Source: an uncultured Gemmatimonadales bacterium (GTDB taxonomy: Bacteria > Gemmatimonadota > Gemmatimonadetes > Gemmatimonadales > GWC2-71-9). From it: DNA of 53,009 nt. The first letter of the stretch is position 1. The number at the start of each line of letters is the position of its first letter. Both the position numbers and the translations under genes were made by a program. Location of the stretch: the NCBI GenBank assembly GCA_963695555.1, contig CAVOGR010000008.1, forward strand, positions 1 through 53,009. The letters run 5' to 3'. Shown piece by piece: positions 44,185 to 52,962 of this stretch. The notes beneath the pieces were generated by a model, which was not told where the DNA came from, ran no database searches, and saw only the letters and a list, made by a program, of their open reading frames with translations.

Positions 44185-44481
44185 ATGCTCCTCCACTTCG
44201 CGTCGGCAGGCACGGCGGACATCTTCCACGGGGTGGACTCTAAGGCCGCCAGGAAGACGTGTCCGCAAGCGGTGTGGAAGGTGGCCAGGCGGAAGCTGGA
44301 CCAGCTGAATCAAGCTGAGCAACTCGACGACCTCCGAAGCCCGCCTGCCAATCGGCTCGAGAAACTCAAGGGCGATCGCGTCGGGCAGTATAGCATTCGG
44401 ATTAATGATCAGTATCGAGTGACGTTCGCGTGGACCGATCGCGGACCCGATCAGATAGCGATTCTCGATTACCATCGGTAA
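44185..44481 (+). CDS. higB: HigB-type toxin (RelE/ParE superfamily)
   Basis: RKLDQL, DLRSPPANRLEKLKGDR.GQYSIRINDQYR and DYH motifs. Confidence 0.93.
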   Translation: MLLHFASAGTADIFHGVDSKAARKTCPQAVWKVARRKLDQLNQAEQLDDLRSPPANRLEKLKGDRVGQYSIRINDQYRVTFAWTDRGPDQIAILDYHR

Positions 44482-44492
44482 GTGAGGCCCCC

Positions 44493-44831
44493 GTGCTCCC
44501 AAAGAACCGACCACCGACCCACCCGGGCGAAATGCTCCTCGAGGAATTTCTGAAGCCACTCGGCATGACCCAAACCGAGTTGGCCGATCTCATTCAGGTG
44601 TCCTACCCCCGCGTGAATGAACTCATCAACGGGAAGCGGGGGGTCACCCCGGATACCGCACTCCGGCTTGGGCGGCTGCTGGGAACAACGGCAGAATTCT
44701 GGTTGAACGGGCAGCGGAATTGGGATCTCTGGCACGCGATGCACGGCCCCAACGCCGTACGGTTGGGCCGAATCCGCCCCCTTGGTGGCCCGGCACGGAT
44801 GCGGCGATCAAGATCTGACCGTTCCGCCTAA
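44493..44831 (+). CDS. higA: HigA-type antitoxin (HTH)
   Basis: PTHPGEMLLEEFLKP, NELINGKRGVTPDTALRL and FWLN.Q motifs; stop lies in the adjacent attC box. Confidence 0.93.
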   Translation: MLPKNRPPTHPGEMLLEEFLKPLGMTQTELADLIQVSYPRVNELINGKRGVTPDTALRLGRLLGTTAEFWLNGQRNWDLWHAMHGPNAVRLGRIRPLGGPARMRRSRSDRSA

Positions 44832-44932
44832 CGAATCCCGCGTCAGTGGCGGGCCAGCTCGCCCGCCTGCTCACAAATCAATGACTTCCTTGAAAACCAG
44901 CAAGGCCCGGCCACTGCACGCGGCGGTTAGGT
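44826..44932 (-). repeat. attC family A
   Basis: 107-bp consensus copy. Confidence 0.9.
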
Positions 44933-45283
44933 AGCATCGTTTCGATACATCAGCGCCGCGTTCCAACTGTCCAGAAGGTCCGCCACGAGAGTTAGCTCCT
45001 GAGGAGAGCCACCTGGGGGCTGCGCAAGCCCGGCCTCCAGGCCGCCCAAAGCGTTGACCAAGGCGTCCAGTTCATCATTCGTCAGGTCGATGACAAAGAA
45101 GTCGGTATCCGGGCCACCCTCATGCCTCTCAGGCTTGGCTACTGGAATCGTCTGCGCAAGCTGATCGAGGCGCCGTCGGAGGTCCCGATGCTGCGGTGCC
45201 AGGCGCCAAGCTGTGGCTTCGATAGCCGACCGGGGGAGAACATCCGGTCGCGCGCAAATGCTGTGATACTCGGCCGTATCCAT
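44927..45283 (-). CDS. Cassette: hypothetical protein (118 aa)
   Basis: Fills the cassette; TAA lies in R''. Confidence 0.7.
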   Translation of the reverse strand: MDTAEYHSICARPDVLPRSAIEATAWRLAPQHRDLRRRLDQLAQTIPVAKPERHEGGPDTDFFVIDLTNDELDALVNALGGLEAGLAQPPGGSPQELTLVADLLDSWNAALMYRNDAT

Positions 45284-45300
45284 GAGCCTGGGTCGTGTCT

Positions 45301-45406
45301 ACCTAACGAATCCCGCGTCAGTGGCGGGCCAGCTCGCCCGCCTTGGTCAAATCAAGGACTTCCATTGAAACCAGCAAGGGCCCGCCACTGCACGCGGCTG
45401 TTAGGT
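45301..45406 (-). repeat. attC family A
   Basis: 106-bp copy. Confidence 0.88.
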
Positions 45407-45409
45407 ACC

Positions 45410-46183
45410 CTAATGACATGAAAACTCCGGCTCTAACCACAAGGCTTGACCTGGGAGCACAGCTCTGAGCTCGGTAGTCCACAAGAGCCCATCTATTCTG
45501 ACGATCGGGAAGTGTCCTCCAAACCGCTCGGGGAACTCTCTGTAAGCGACGCTATCGACGATGACATGGTAATCCTCTCCATGGTCTATTGTTCTGGGAC
45601 TCTCACGAGTTGGAAAGTTCTCTGGCCAGTCATGGGCAGGTACGTCGTCCCTACCAGCCCGCCAAATGATGACCTCCCCCTCCGCAGGAAACCACTCCGC
45701 TCCGTCTTTGTAGCTGTGTGTCAGATCAACGAGGGCATCATAGAGAGCGACGAGGTCGCGGGGGGCAAGGTCCCTTCTCTCCTTGGTATCCAGCCCTCCC
45801 CTCACGATGACGCGCTTGGATCGTGTAGAATCGGCGACATAAATCATGAGGATCGGTTGGTCACTCCACCCCTGTGTCAAGTCATAGAGGTCACGGAGCT
45901 CATAGAACGTATCGGGCACGGGTAATGCGTTGAGAATCTCATGAAGTGCCCGAGGTGAGAGGTGAGTCGAGCTGAACCGCACCTCCCACCCCCGTCCACT
46001 GCATGCGATGACGAGACCATCGTCGTAGCCTACGAGGCTTGGATATCCCGGGCAGTTGCCCGAGCCCCAGTAGCTGCAGCGGTACAGTACGAAAAGCGGC
46101 CTCCGCTCACTCCGTTCGTAATAGGAAGACGGAGGCGGCAAGCATGCGCTCATACCGACGACGAGAATGGTGGCTGCAAGCAT
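45410..46183 (-). CDS. Cassette: hypothetical lipoprotein
   Basis: MLAATILVVGMSAC lipobox; fills the cassette. Confidence 0.7.
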   Translation of the reverse strand: MLAATILVVGMSACLPPPSSYYERSERRPLFVLYRCSYWGSGNCPGYPSLVGYDDGLVIACSGRGWEVRFSSTHLSPRALHEILNALPVPDTFYELRDLYDLTQGWSDQPILMIYVADSTRSKRVIVRGGLDTKERRDLAPRDLVALYDALVDLTHSYKDGAEWFPAEGEVIIWRAGRDDVPAHDWPENFPTRESPRTIDHGEDYHVIVDSVAYREFPERFGGHFPIVRIDGLLWTTELRAVLPGQALWLEPEFSCH

Positions 46184-46195
46184 GGGGATTGTGGT

Positions 46196-46303
46196 ACCTA
46201 ACGAATCCCGCGTCAGTGGCGGGCAATCATAGCCCGCCCTCTCACAAATCAACGACTTCCTTTGAACCCAGCAAGGCCCGGCCACTGCACGCGGTGGTTA
46301 GGC
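46196..46303 (-). repeat. attC family A (GGGCAATCATAG subvariant)
   Basis: 108-bp copy. Confidence 0.9.
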
Positions 46304-46709
46304 AGCAGACCCAAGTTTCCACGCCGTCACGGCGCGGCCAACCACAGAGCTATGGCAATCGTACCAAATGAGTAGCCAGGACAGGTGGCGTCCTCGCGAA
46401 GCAACGAATGCATAGACGGCGCTGACCAGGAAAGTCCACCGCATGATCGCTACGGCATCCCAGGCCCTCGGCCCCAAGCCAGGCTGGAGCGCGAGCGCCA
46501 GGATCATGCCTGCGAACCCCCACCACGCGATGCTCGTCAGGTGCCATCCCATTCGGAGCGTTCGCTTTGTAAAGACGTCACTGCCGAAAAGGTGTGGCAG
46601 ATCTTGGCGCCGGAACAAGCGCCTCAAGATGAAGCGCTCACCGAGCCACGAATGGAGAATGCCGGCGGCTGCGGCGATTATCGCGCCGACCAACAGGTAT
46701 GGGATTCAT
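46298..46709 (-). CDS. Cassette: small membrane protein, copy 1 (indel near start)
   Basis: HSWLGERFILRRL, TLRMGWHLTS and SRGRHLSW motifs. Confidence 0.65.
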
Positions 46710-46743
46710 CCGGTGGTTTGTGGCATCCTATCGGTCTGTTGCT

Positions 46744-46852
46744 GTCTAACGAATCCCGCGTCAGTGGCGGGCAATCATAGCCCGCCCTCTGCACAAATCA
46801 ACGACTTCCTTTGAACCCAGCAAGGCCCGGCCACTGCACGCGGTGGTTAGAC
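46744..46852 (-). repeat. attC family A (GGGCAATCATAG subvariant)
   Basis: 109-bp copy. Confidence 0.9.
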
Positions 46853-47257
46853 AGCAACCCAAGTTTCCACGCGGTCACGGCGCGGCCACCCACAGAGCTA
46901 TGGCAATCGTACCAAACTAGTAGCCAGGACAGGTGGCGTCCTCGCGAAGCAACGAATGCATAGACGGCGCTGACCAGGAAAGTCCACCGCATGATCGCTA
47001 CGGCGTCCCAGGCCCTCGGCTCTAAGCCGAGGCTGGAGCGCGAACGCCAGGATCATGCCTGCGAACCCCCACCACGCGATGCTCGTCAGGTGCCATCCCA
47101 TTCGGAGCGTTCGCTTTGTGAAGACGTCACTGCCGAAAAGGTGTGGCAGATCTTGGCGTCGGAACAAGCGCCTCAAGATGAAGCGCTCACCGAGCCACGA
47201 ATGGAGAATGCCGGCAGCTGCGGCGATTATCGCGCCGACCAACAGGTAGGGATTCAT
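46847..47257 (-). pseudogene. Cassette: small membrane protein, copy 2 (frameshift near 47030)
   Basis: Near-identical to copy 1. Confidence 0.65.
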
Positions 47258-47292
47258 CCGGTGGTTTGTGGCATCATATCGGTCTGTTGGCT

Positions 47293-47400
47293 GTCTAACG
47301 AATCCCGCGTCAGTGGCGGGCCATCTCAGCCCGCCTGCTCACAAATCAACGACTTCCTTGAAAGCAGCAAGGCCCGGCCACTGCACGCGGCTGGTTAGGC
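47293..47400 (-). repeat. attC family A
   Basis: 108-bp copy. Confidence 0.88.
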
Positions 47401-48106
47401 GTCAGCCGAACGGTCTTAGTTTTGCGGGCCGAGTCCCAGCATGGGCTCAGTTGCCAACCATCCAGCCATGGACGGCCAGGACTGACTCAAGGGGGCCTCT
47501 GTGAGCCGGTCATGCGGTTCGCAGCGTGGTATACCCTCGCTTACGTTTCCGTGCGGAGCAAAAGGGGGATGCCTTTCTTGGGTAATCGATGCGGCCGCTT
47601 ATGGAACGGGCATACTGGTGGCTGCATGGGCCGTCTTTACGGGGAGCGAGCTGTTCGCGGGCTCAAGTTAGTATTCGGCAGGACGCAGACCATGTGTCTC
47701 GCGAGGAACTTGAGCGCAGTTCTTGCGAGAGGCGCTAGAACTGCCAGCTCCAGGGTGGGTGGTGAACTCGTGAGCTTCCAATCTGCGGTTGGTGAACGGC
47801 CATTGAGGTGCCGACACCTTATGCGTCCCATGTAACACGTGCCTATGTATCTGCGTTTCGGGGCACGAGGCCAAGAGCAGCCAGTATCTTGCCTGTCAGC
47901 TAGTATGGGCAGCTACCTCGATTCGGCTTCGAGAGATGCCTGGAAAGTGGTATGCAACGGGATGAACCGACAATCAGACTAGCTGCTTATGAGGCGCAGC
48001 TTCGGTTTGTCAAATTGTGCCAGACTCAGAGAGCTGGGTCGAATACCTGGAACGAGAACAAACCGGATTTCTAGACGGCCAGGTCTTCGAGTGCGTAGCC
48101 CTGGCC

Positions 48107-48214
48107 GCCTAACGAATCTGTGTCAGCTGCGGGCCCTATGCCTGCCCTCACACAATTCAACGGCTTCCTTCAAAACACAAGCGCCCGCCCGTCAGCTGCA
48201 CACGGCTGTTAGGG
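48107..48214 (-). repeat. attC family B
   Basis: GCCTAACGAATCTGTGTCAGCTGC...CAAAACACAAGCGCCCGCCCGTCAGCTGCACACGGCTGTTAGGG. Confidence 0.88.
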
Positions 48215-48407
48215 CCCCGGCCGCACGACCCGGTCCGGACAGACTCCGGACTGCTCGGAGCACTAGGGAAAACCCTAGCCCACCCGGGCGTACCCGGAGC
48301 GGAGCGACTCGCGCGCCGCGGAGCCCGTCTCGACAGAGACGAACAACCACCAAAGTGGTTGAGGAATTGGAACTGAAACGGAGGCGCGGAGCGTCGAGGC
48401 CTAGTCT
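48215..48407 (-). other. Gene-less cassette family, copy 1
   Basis: Homologous to 51145..51333 and 52079..52268; no conserved intact ORF. Confidence 0.75.
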
Positions 48408-48524
48408 GCCTAACGTCTCGCGATTCTGCTGCACGGCCCGTCTGCTAACAAGGGGCGCGAGCTGAAGGCGAGTGGCCCGCCCGCCCTGCAGGTAACCCGT
48501 GTCAGTAGCAATCGCTTGTTAGAA
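48408..48524 (-). repeat. attC (unique type, 117 bp)
   Basis: Minus strand TTCTAACAAGCGATTGCTACTGAC...GCAGCAGAATCGC...GTTAGGC. Confidence 0.85.
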
Positions 48525-48542
48525 AGCACGCGCCTCAAAAGC

Positions 48543-48986
48543 TCAACCGCCGCTCGTGTCTGGGCTCTCCGACCGGACGATCATTTGGTTGCCGTCGAGG
48601 TCTGTGAACGTGAACTGGCGTCCCTGCCAGGAGGGACCGATCGGCGCTCGCACGACACCGCCATGCTGCACTACCCGAGCAAAGATCATGTCTAGATCTT
48701 GAGTCAAGATCACAATACCGGGACCTGCGCTCCTTACGCTGTCGCGCAGCGCGAGCCCTATGGCCACCGGCGGCGCGTCGAGGACCGCGTAGGACGAATC
48801 AGGGCGGCTCGCTCCCCAGTCGAAGACTGCCTGATAGAAGCTGACAGCGCGCTCGAGATCTATCACCTGGATCTCGAGGAGCTGAATGCTGTTGTCGTCA
48901 GGACGACAAGCAGGCAGCGCGAGTAGGGCAAGGCAAAGCCATCCGCACTTCGAAGCCGACTGCCTACGATCGGTCGTCCTCCACAT
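48543..48986 (-). CDS. Cassette: VOC/glyoxalase family protein with lipoprotein-like leader
   Basis: EIQVIDLERAVSFYQAVFDW and FTDLDGNQ motifs. Confidence 0.82.
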   Translation of the reverse strand: MWRTTDRRQSASKCGWLCLALLALPACRPDDNSIQLLEIQVIDLERAVSFYQAVFDWGASRPDSSYAVLDAPPVAIGLALRDSVRSAGPGIVILTQDLDMIFARVVQHGGVVRAPIGPSWQGRQFTFTDLDGNQMIVRSESPDTSGG

Positions 48987-49002
48987 CGCTCTCCCCCGTG
49001 CT

Positions 49003-49109
49003 TTCTAACGAATCCCGCGTCAGTGGCGGGCCGTCTCGCCCGCCTGTGCACTAATCAACGACTTCCTTTGAAACCAGCAAGGCCCGGCCACTGCACGCGG
49101 TGGTTAGGG
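49003..49109 (-). repeat. attC family A
   Basis: 107-bp copy. Confidence 0.9.
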
Positions 49110-49706
49110 AGCACGGTGAACTACGAGTACTCACCCACCGAGGATGACCGATCGGGCGCTGTACGCGGCACCAGGGTGCCACGATTTGCGAAACACGTCG
49201 ATCGTAGAACCCGATCAGGAAAATGCGTGAGCCGGAGTCACGACGGAGGGCACGGTCAGCAATTGGCCAGGCCGGTATCTTGCGTGGATGCTCAGAGACT
49301 CGTCTCCATAGCGGTGCAGAAACCTGCGCGCGGCCCTGGCACCGACGCAACGTACCATCGAGGGCCGGCGGCCAAGCTCCTCGTTCCAAGCGGACCGACC
49401 GTGAAGGAAAACCGTGACAACGGGAGGCGCTTGCGCAGGTGCTTGCTAGATCTGGTCACACAATCGGCCCGCGCCAGCGATGACGATCCAGCCGATGCGC
49501 CAGATCGGCGTTCGGTTCGGACGACCATCCCGATCAGCAGAGCGGACTCAGCCGCTGTCGAAGCCATCGCCAGCCAAGATCTCTCGCTACGCTCGGATGG
49601 GGCCGGCTGGTCAGGTGGCACACGTGATGGGTCGCTCTAGGAGCACCCTAGCAGGCCGAGTGTCGATCGGCAGTACCTGCAGCTAGTCTCGGAGTGCCGG
49701 TGCGTC

Positions 49707-49814
49707 ATCTAACGAATCCCGCGTCAGTGGCGGGCCGTCTCGCCCGCCTGCTCACTAATCAACGACTTCCTTTGAGACCCGGCAAGGCCCGGCCACTGCA
49801 CGCGGTGGTTAGGC
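49707..49814 (-). repeat. attC family A
   Basis: 108-bp copy. Confidence 0.9.
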
Positions 49815-50603
49815 TTCACTTCAAGAGGCTATGCAGGGGCGTGATCTGTCGGATCGGATCCGATGACCGGTTCCACGTCAGGATTATGATGCGGACTGCC
49901 GTTGGCAGACTTGTACAGAATGTCGTCCTGGCTCACCCGGTGCTGAGATCCTTCGTTGCTGAGGCTGACCAGATCTGGTGACCTCAATGTCCAGCGAGCA
50001 CCTGCAATCGACAGTGGTGAACATCGCAGGCATATCTCGTAAAGTTCAGCGTATCGGATCCAGACTGATCAGCAATTAGCTTCTTACGTCCCATTCCGCT
50101 CCGAGTGACGCTTCTTACGACGCCTGCGTCATCGTCGAGCCACCTGAAGCGCCTCGTGTGGGTCGCACGCTCCAGCTCCTGTCATGTGCCCGGAGGGCGT
50201 CGCTTTTGGTGGCGAGTCGATCAGCGAGCTGATCATGCCGCCCAGAGTCTCAAGTGTCGGTCACTAGAGAACGCGGGAGAGTTTGAGGCGTAAGATGGTG
50301 CTGCAGACCAAATCTCGAGCAGACCTCTTAGGACGAGGATGGTAGTTTCGAGCAATCCGGTCGTCTTTGAAATCTGGAGTCAGCGCTTCGTCCATGAGCA
50401 CATGCCGTACGGATGAACACCATGCTCGCATCCAGGAGCAATTGCTCATCCTCAGGACGTCCAAGAAGTACGATTTCTTCGGCTCGGGTGTCGGAGAGCC
50501 GGTCGAGAGTCCACCTCATAATCTCGCGAGGGGCTGATCAAAAGGACGCCCTGACCGAAGCGCTGGGGGGTATGGTACTTTTCGGATCACGATATCAGAT
50601 GCA

Positions 50604-50711
50604 GCCTAACGAATCCCGCGTCAGTGGCGGGCCATCTCGGCCCGCCCTCTCACAAATCAACGACTTCCTTTGAAACCAGCAAGGCCCGGCCACTGCACGC
50701 GGCGGTTAGGA
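50604..50711 (-). repeat. attC family A
   Basis: 108-bp copy. Confidence 0.9.
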
Positions 50712-51036
50712 GCGACGCTGCACTCCGTCGCGCACCGGTGCGTGCAGTAGGCCGAACGACGAGTTGACGATGCACCGGACGCACGTGCGATAGAGAACAG
50801 TAGCGAGCGTCACCGCCCTCCGTGCTCGTGACAGTCTGGTGCGGATGCCATCGAGCGTCAATGCGCCCGAAGCAGAGGCTGCGATGCACGCCGCCGGCGG
50901 AGACGCTCGACTCGAGGACGTCGTAGAATGACCTCGACGCATCGCGATATGCCGCCGATCGTCAATCCAGGTGCTGCCCTGGCGAAGTCGGGATCTGAGC
51001 TCGTCGATTTCTGAGGACCGAACGTCGCCAGCGTCC

Positions 51037-51144
51037 GCCTAACGAATCTGTGTCAGCTGCGGGCTCTATGCCCGCCCTCACACAATTCAACGGCTTCCTT
51101 CAAAACACAAGCGCCCGCCCGTCAGCTGCACACGGCGGTTAGGG
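51037..51144 (-). repeat. attC family B
   Basis: Near-identical to 48107..48214. Confidence 0.88.
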
Positions 51145-51333
51145 AGCCGGCCGCACACCTCGGCCCGGACAGACCCGGGACTGCTCGGAGCGCTAGGGAA
51201 AACCCTAGCTCACCATGCGCGTACCCGGCGCGGCCCCGTTGCTTCAAGGAACCGACCGGAACGACGAACAACCACATCGTCCGTTGAGGAATTAGGAACT
51301 GAACCGGAGTTGTGGAAAGCGAAGGCCTGGTCT
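51145..51333 (-). other. Gene-less cassette family, copy 2
   Basis: Shared blocks CCGGACAGAC..GGACTGCTCGGAGC, GACGAACAACCAC and GGAACTGAACCGGAG. Confidence 0.75.
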
Positions 51334-51440
51334 GCCTAACGAATCCCGCGTCAGTGGCGGGCCGTCTCGCCCGCCCATGCACTAATCAACGACTTCCTTC
51401 AAACCCAGCAAGGCCCGGCCACTGCACGCGGTGGTTAGAC
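51334..51440 (-). repeat. attC family A
   Basis: 107-bp copy. Confidence 0.9.
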
Positions 51441-51973
51441 AGCAGCTCCCTATCGGCGACTCGTCTCGAACTGTCTGCGGCTAAGGCCCCATAAGATCAG
51501 ACCGTCCGTGTCACCCCATCGCCTCGACGAAGTACGAAGGCCTGATCGCTGGGCCTATTGGGAATCGGGTGAACTGCCGGATGACATGGCAGGCACTCCG
51601 TCTGCAGATCTCATGCCCGGCGTGAGGAAGGCTAGATGTGCAGACAGCATCATCCTCGGCCGTCGATTCGCGGCGGACCCGCACTTCTCGGAGGCGGGAG
51701 CTGTCGCTGCTTCACGTGTCGTACGGCCGAGAGCGTGAGCCGGTCCCGGGCAAGTCGGCATCAAGTGGCCAGTCGAGCCTATCGCGGGTCGAGCACGACT
51801 CGAGAGACGTTGGACCACTCTGCTCTCGGCGACCGGCCTCAACGGGCGTTAAGCTGGCCGACGAGCTCGCCCCGAGCGAGGGCATTCTGCCGATACAGCC
51901 TGGTCGAGCAGAAGCGCGACAACCTCACGTATCGGTTGCTTGTGAGCTAGTCACGAGGCTGGTGTTGGGATGC

Positions 51974-52078
51974 TGCGCACGAATCCGTGTCTAGTGGCGC
52001 TCAGCCCGCCTGTACACAATTCAACGACTTCCTTCAAAACACAAGCGCCCGCCCGTCAGCTGCACACGGCTGTTAGGG
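51974..52078 (-). repeat. attC family B, degenerate on the R' side
   Basis: Right half matches family B; left end TGCGCACGAATCCGTGTCTAGTGGCG lacks the AAC/GTT core. Confidence 0.7.
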
Positions 52079-52268
52079 GAGCCGGCCGCACACGTCGGCC
52101 CGGACAGACCTGGGACTGCTCGGAGCGAGGGAACACCGTATCCCAACCGCGCGACGACCCGGTGCGGACCCCTGGGTGCGAGGAAGCCCGCCCGGGTCGA
52201 GACGAACAACCACATAATCCGCTGAGGCGATTGGAGACTGAACCGGAGGTGGGAGAGTAAGGCCGTCT
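52079..52268 (-). other. Gene-less cassette family, copy 3
   Basis: Same conserved blocks as copies 1 and 2; palindrome degenerate. Confidence 0.75.
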
Positions 52269-52375
52269 GCCTAACGAATCCCGCGTCAGTGGCCGGCCGT
52301 CTCGCCCGCCCATGCACTAATCAACGACTTCCTTGAGTCCCGGCAAGGCCCGGCCACTGCACGCGGCGGTTAGGC
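52269..52375 (-). repeat. attC family A
   Basis: 107-bp copy. Confidence 0.9.
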
Positions 52376-52603
52376 AGCCCCTTTGGACTTGCGGGGCTTC
52401 CAGTCCAGCGAGAGTCGGCGGCCACTGCCGGCACAATCGCGCAAATACAGGTTAATCAACGTCTGGTAGGGAATGCCCGTCTCCGCGGCGAGCTCCTTGA
52501 AGTACTCAATCGTCGGTTCATCAAGCCGGATGGTGACCGACTTCTTCAAGCGCTTGGCGTAGGGATTCCGTCGCCCTTTTGAGAAATCATATTCGCGTCT
52601 CAT
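52370..52603 (-). CDS. brnA: BrnA/CopG-type antitoxin
   Basis: MRREYDFSKG..NPY, VTIRLD and GIPYQTLINLYL motifs; TAA lies in R''. Confidence 0.88.
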   Translation of the reverse strand: MRREYDFSKGRRNPYAKRLKKSVTIRLDEPTIEYFKELAAETGIPYQTLINLYLRDCAGSGRRLSLDWKPRKSKGAA

Positions 52604-52896
52604 AGTTCCCATCTCTGCGCATACTCGCGGCGCTCTGATCGAGTTGCCTTCCGGGCCGAGATGATGCGGATCGTCTCGTCGGTCTCACGGTAGCAATGGC
52701 ACACCACCAGTGTCCGGAGGCCCGCACTGAACCCCAACAAGAGGAAGCGATCTTCGCTGGCGGAGTGATCGGGATCATCGAGCAACACCGCACGCTCATC
52801 GGCAAAGACCGTCTCGGCCTCTTCGAAGCTGACCCCGTGCTTCCGTTGGTTGGTGCGATTCTTCGGTGGATCCCACTCGAACCGGAGGTCAGCCAT
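52600..52896 (-). CDS. brnT: BrnT-family toxin
   Basis: FEWD..KN..N.RKHGVSFEEA, DPDHS..EDRF and IRIISAR motifs. Confidence 0.92.
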   Translation of the reverse strand: MADLRFEWDPPKNRTNQRKHGVSFEEAETVFADERAVLLDDPDHSASEDRFLLLGFSAGLRTLVVCHCYRETDETIRIISARKATRSERREYAQRWEL

Positions 52897-52901
52897 ACTT
52901 C

Positions 52902-52930
52902 AATGTACATACGGAGTATGTACTTCGCAA
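52902..52930 (-). promoter_or_regulatory. sigma70 promoter with overlapping operator of brnTA
   Basis: Minus strand TTGCGA-17bp-TACATT; inverted repeat GTACATAC-GGA-GTATGTAC at 52905..52923. Confidence 0.78.
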
Positions 52931-52962
52931 GGTCGCGGATACTTCTGCTTTGGGGAGGGACT

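Noticed and set aside
43049..52317. Family of ORFs starting MxxRARRPATDAGFVR or containing LTNPASVAG
   Set aside because: These are translations of the attC repeat itself
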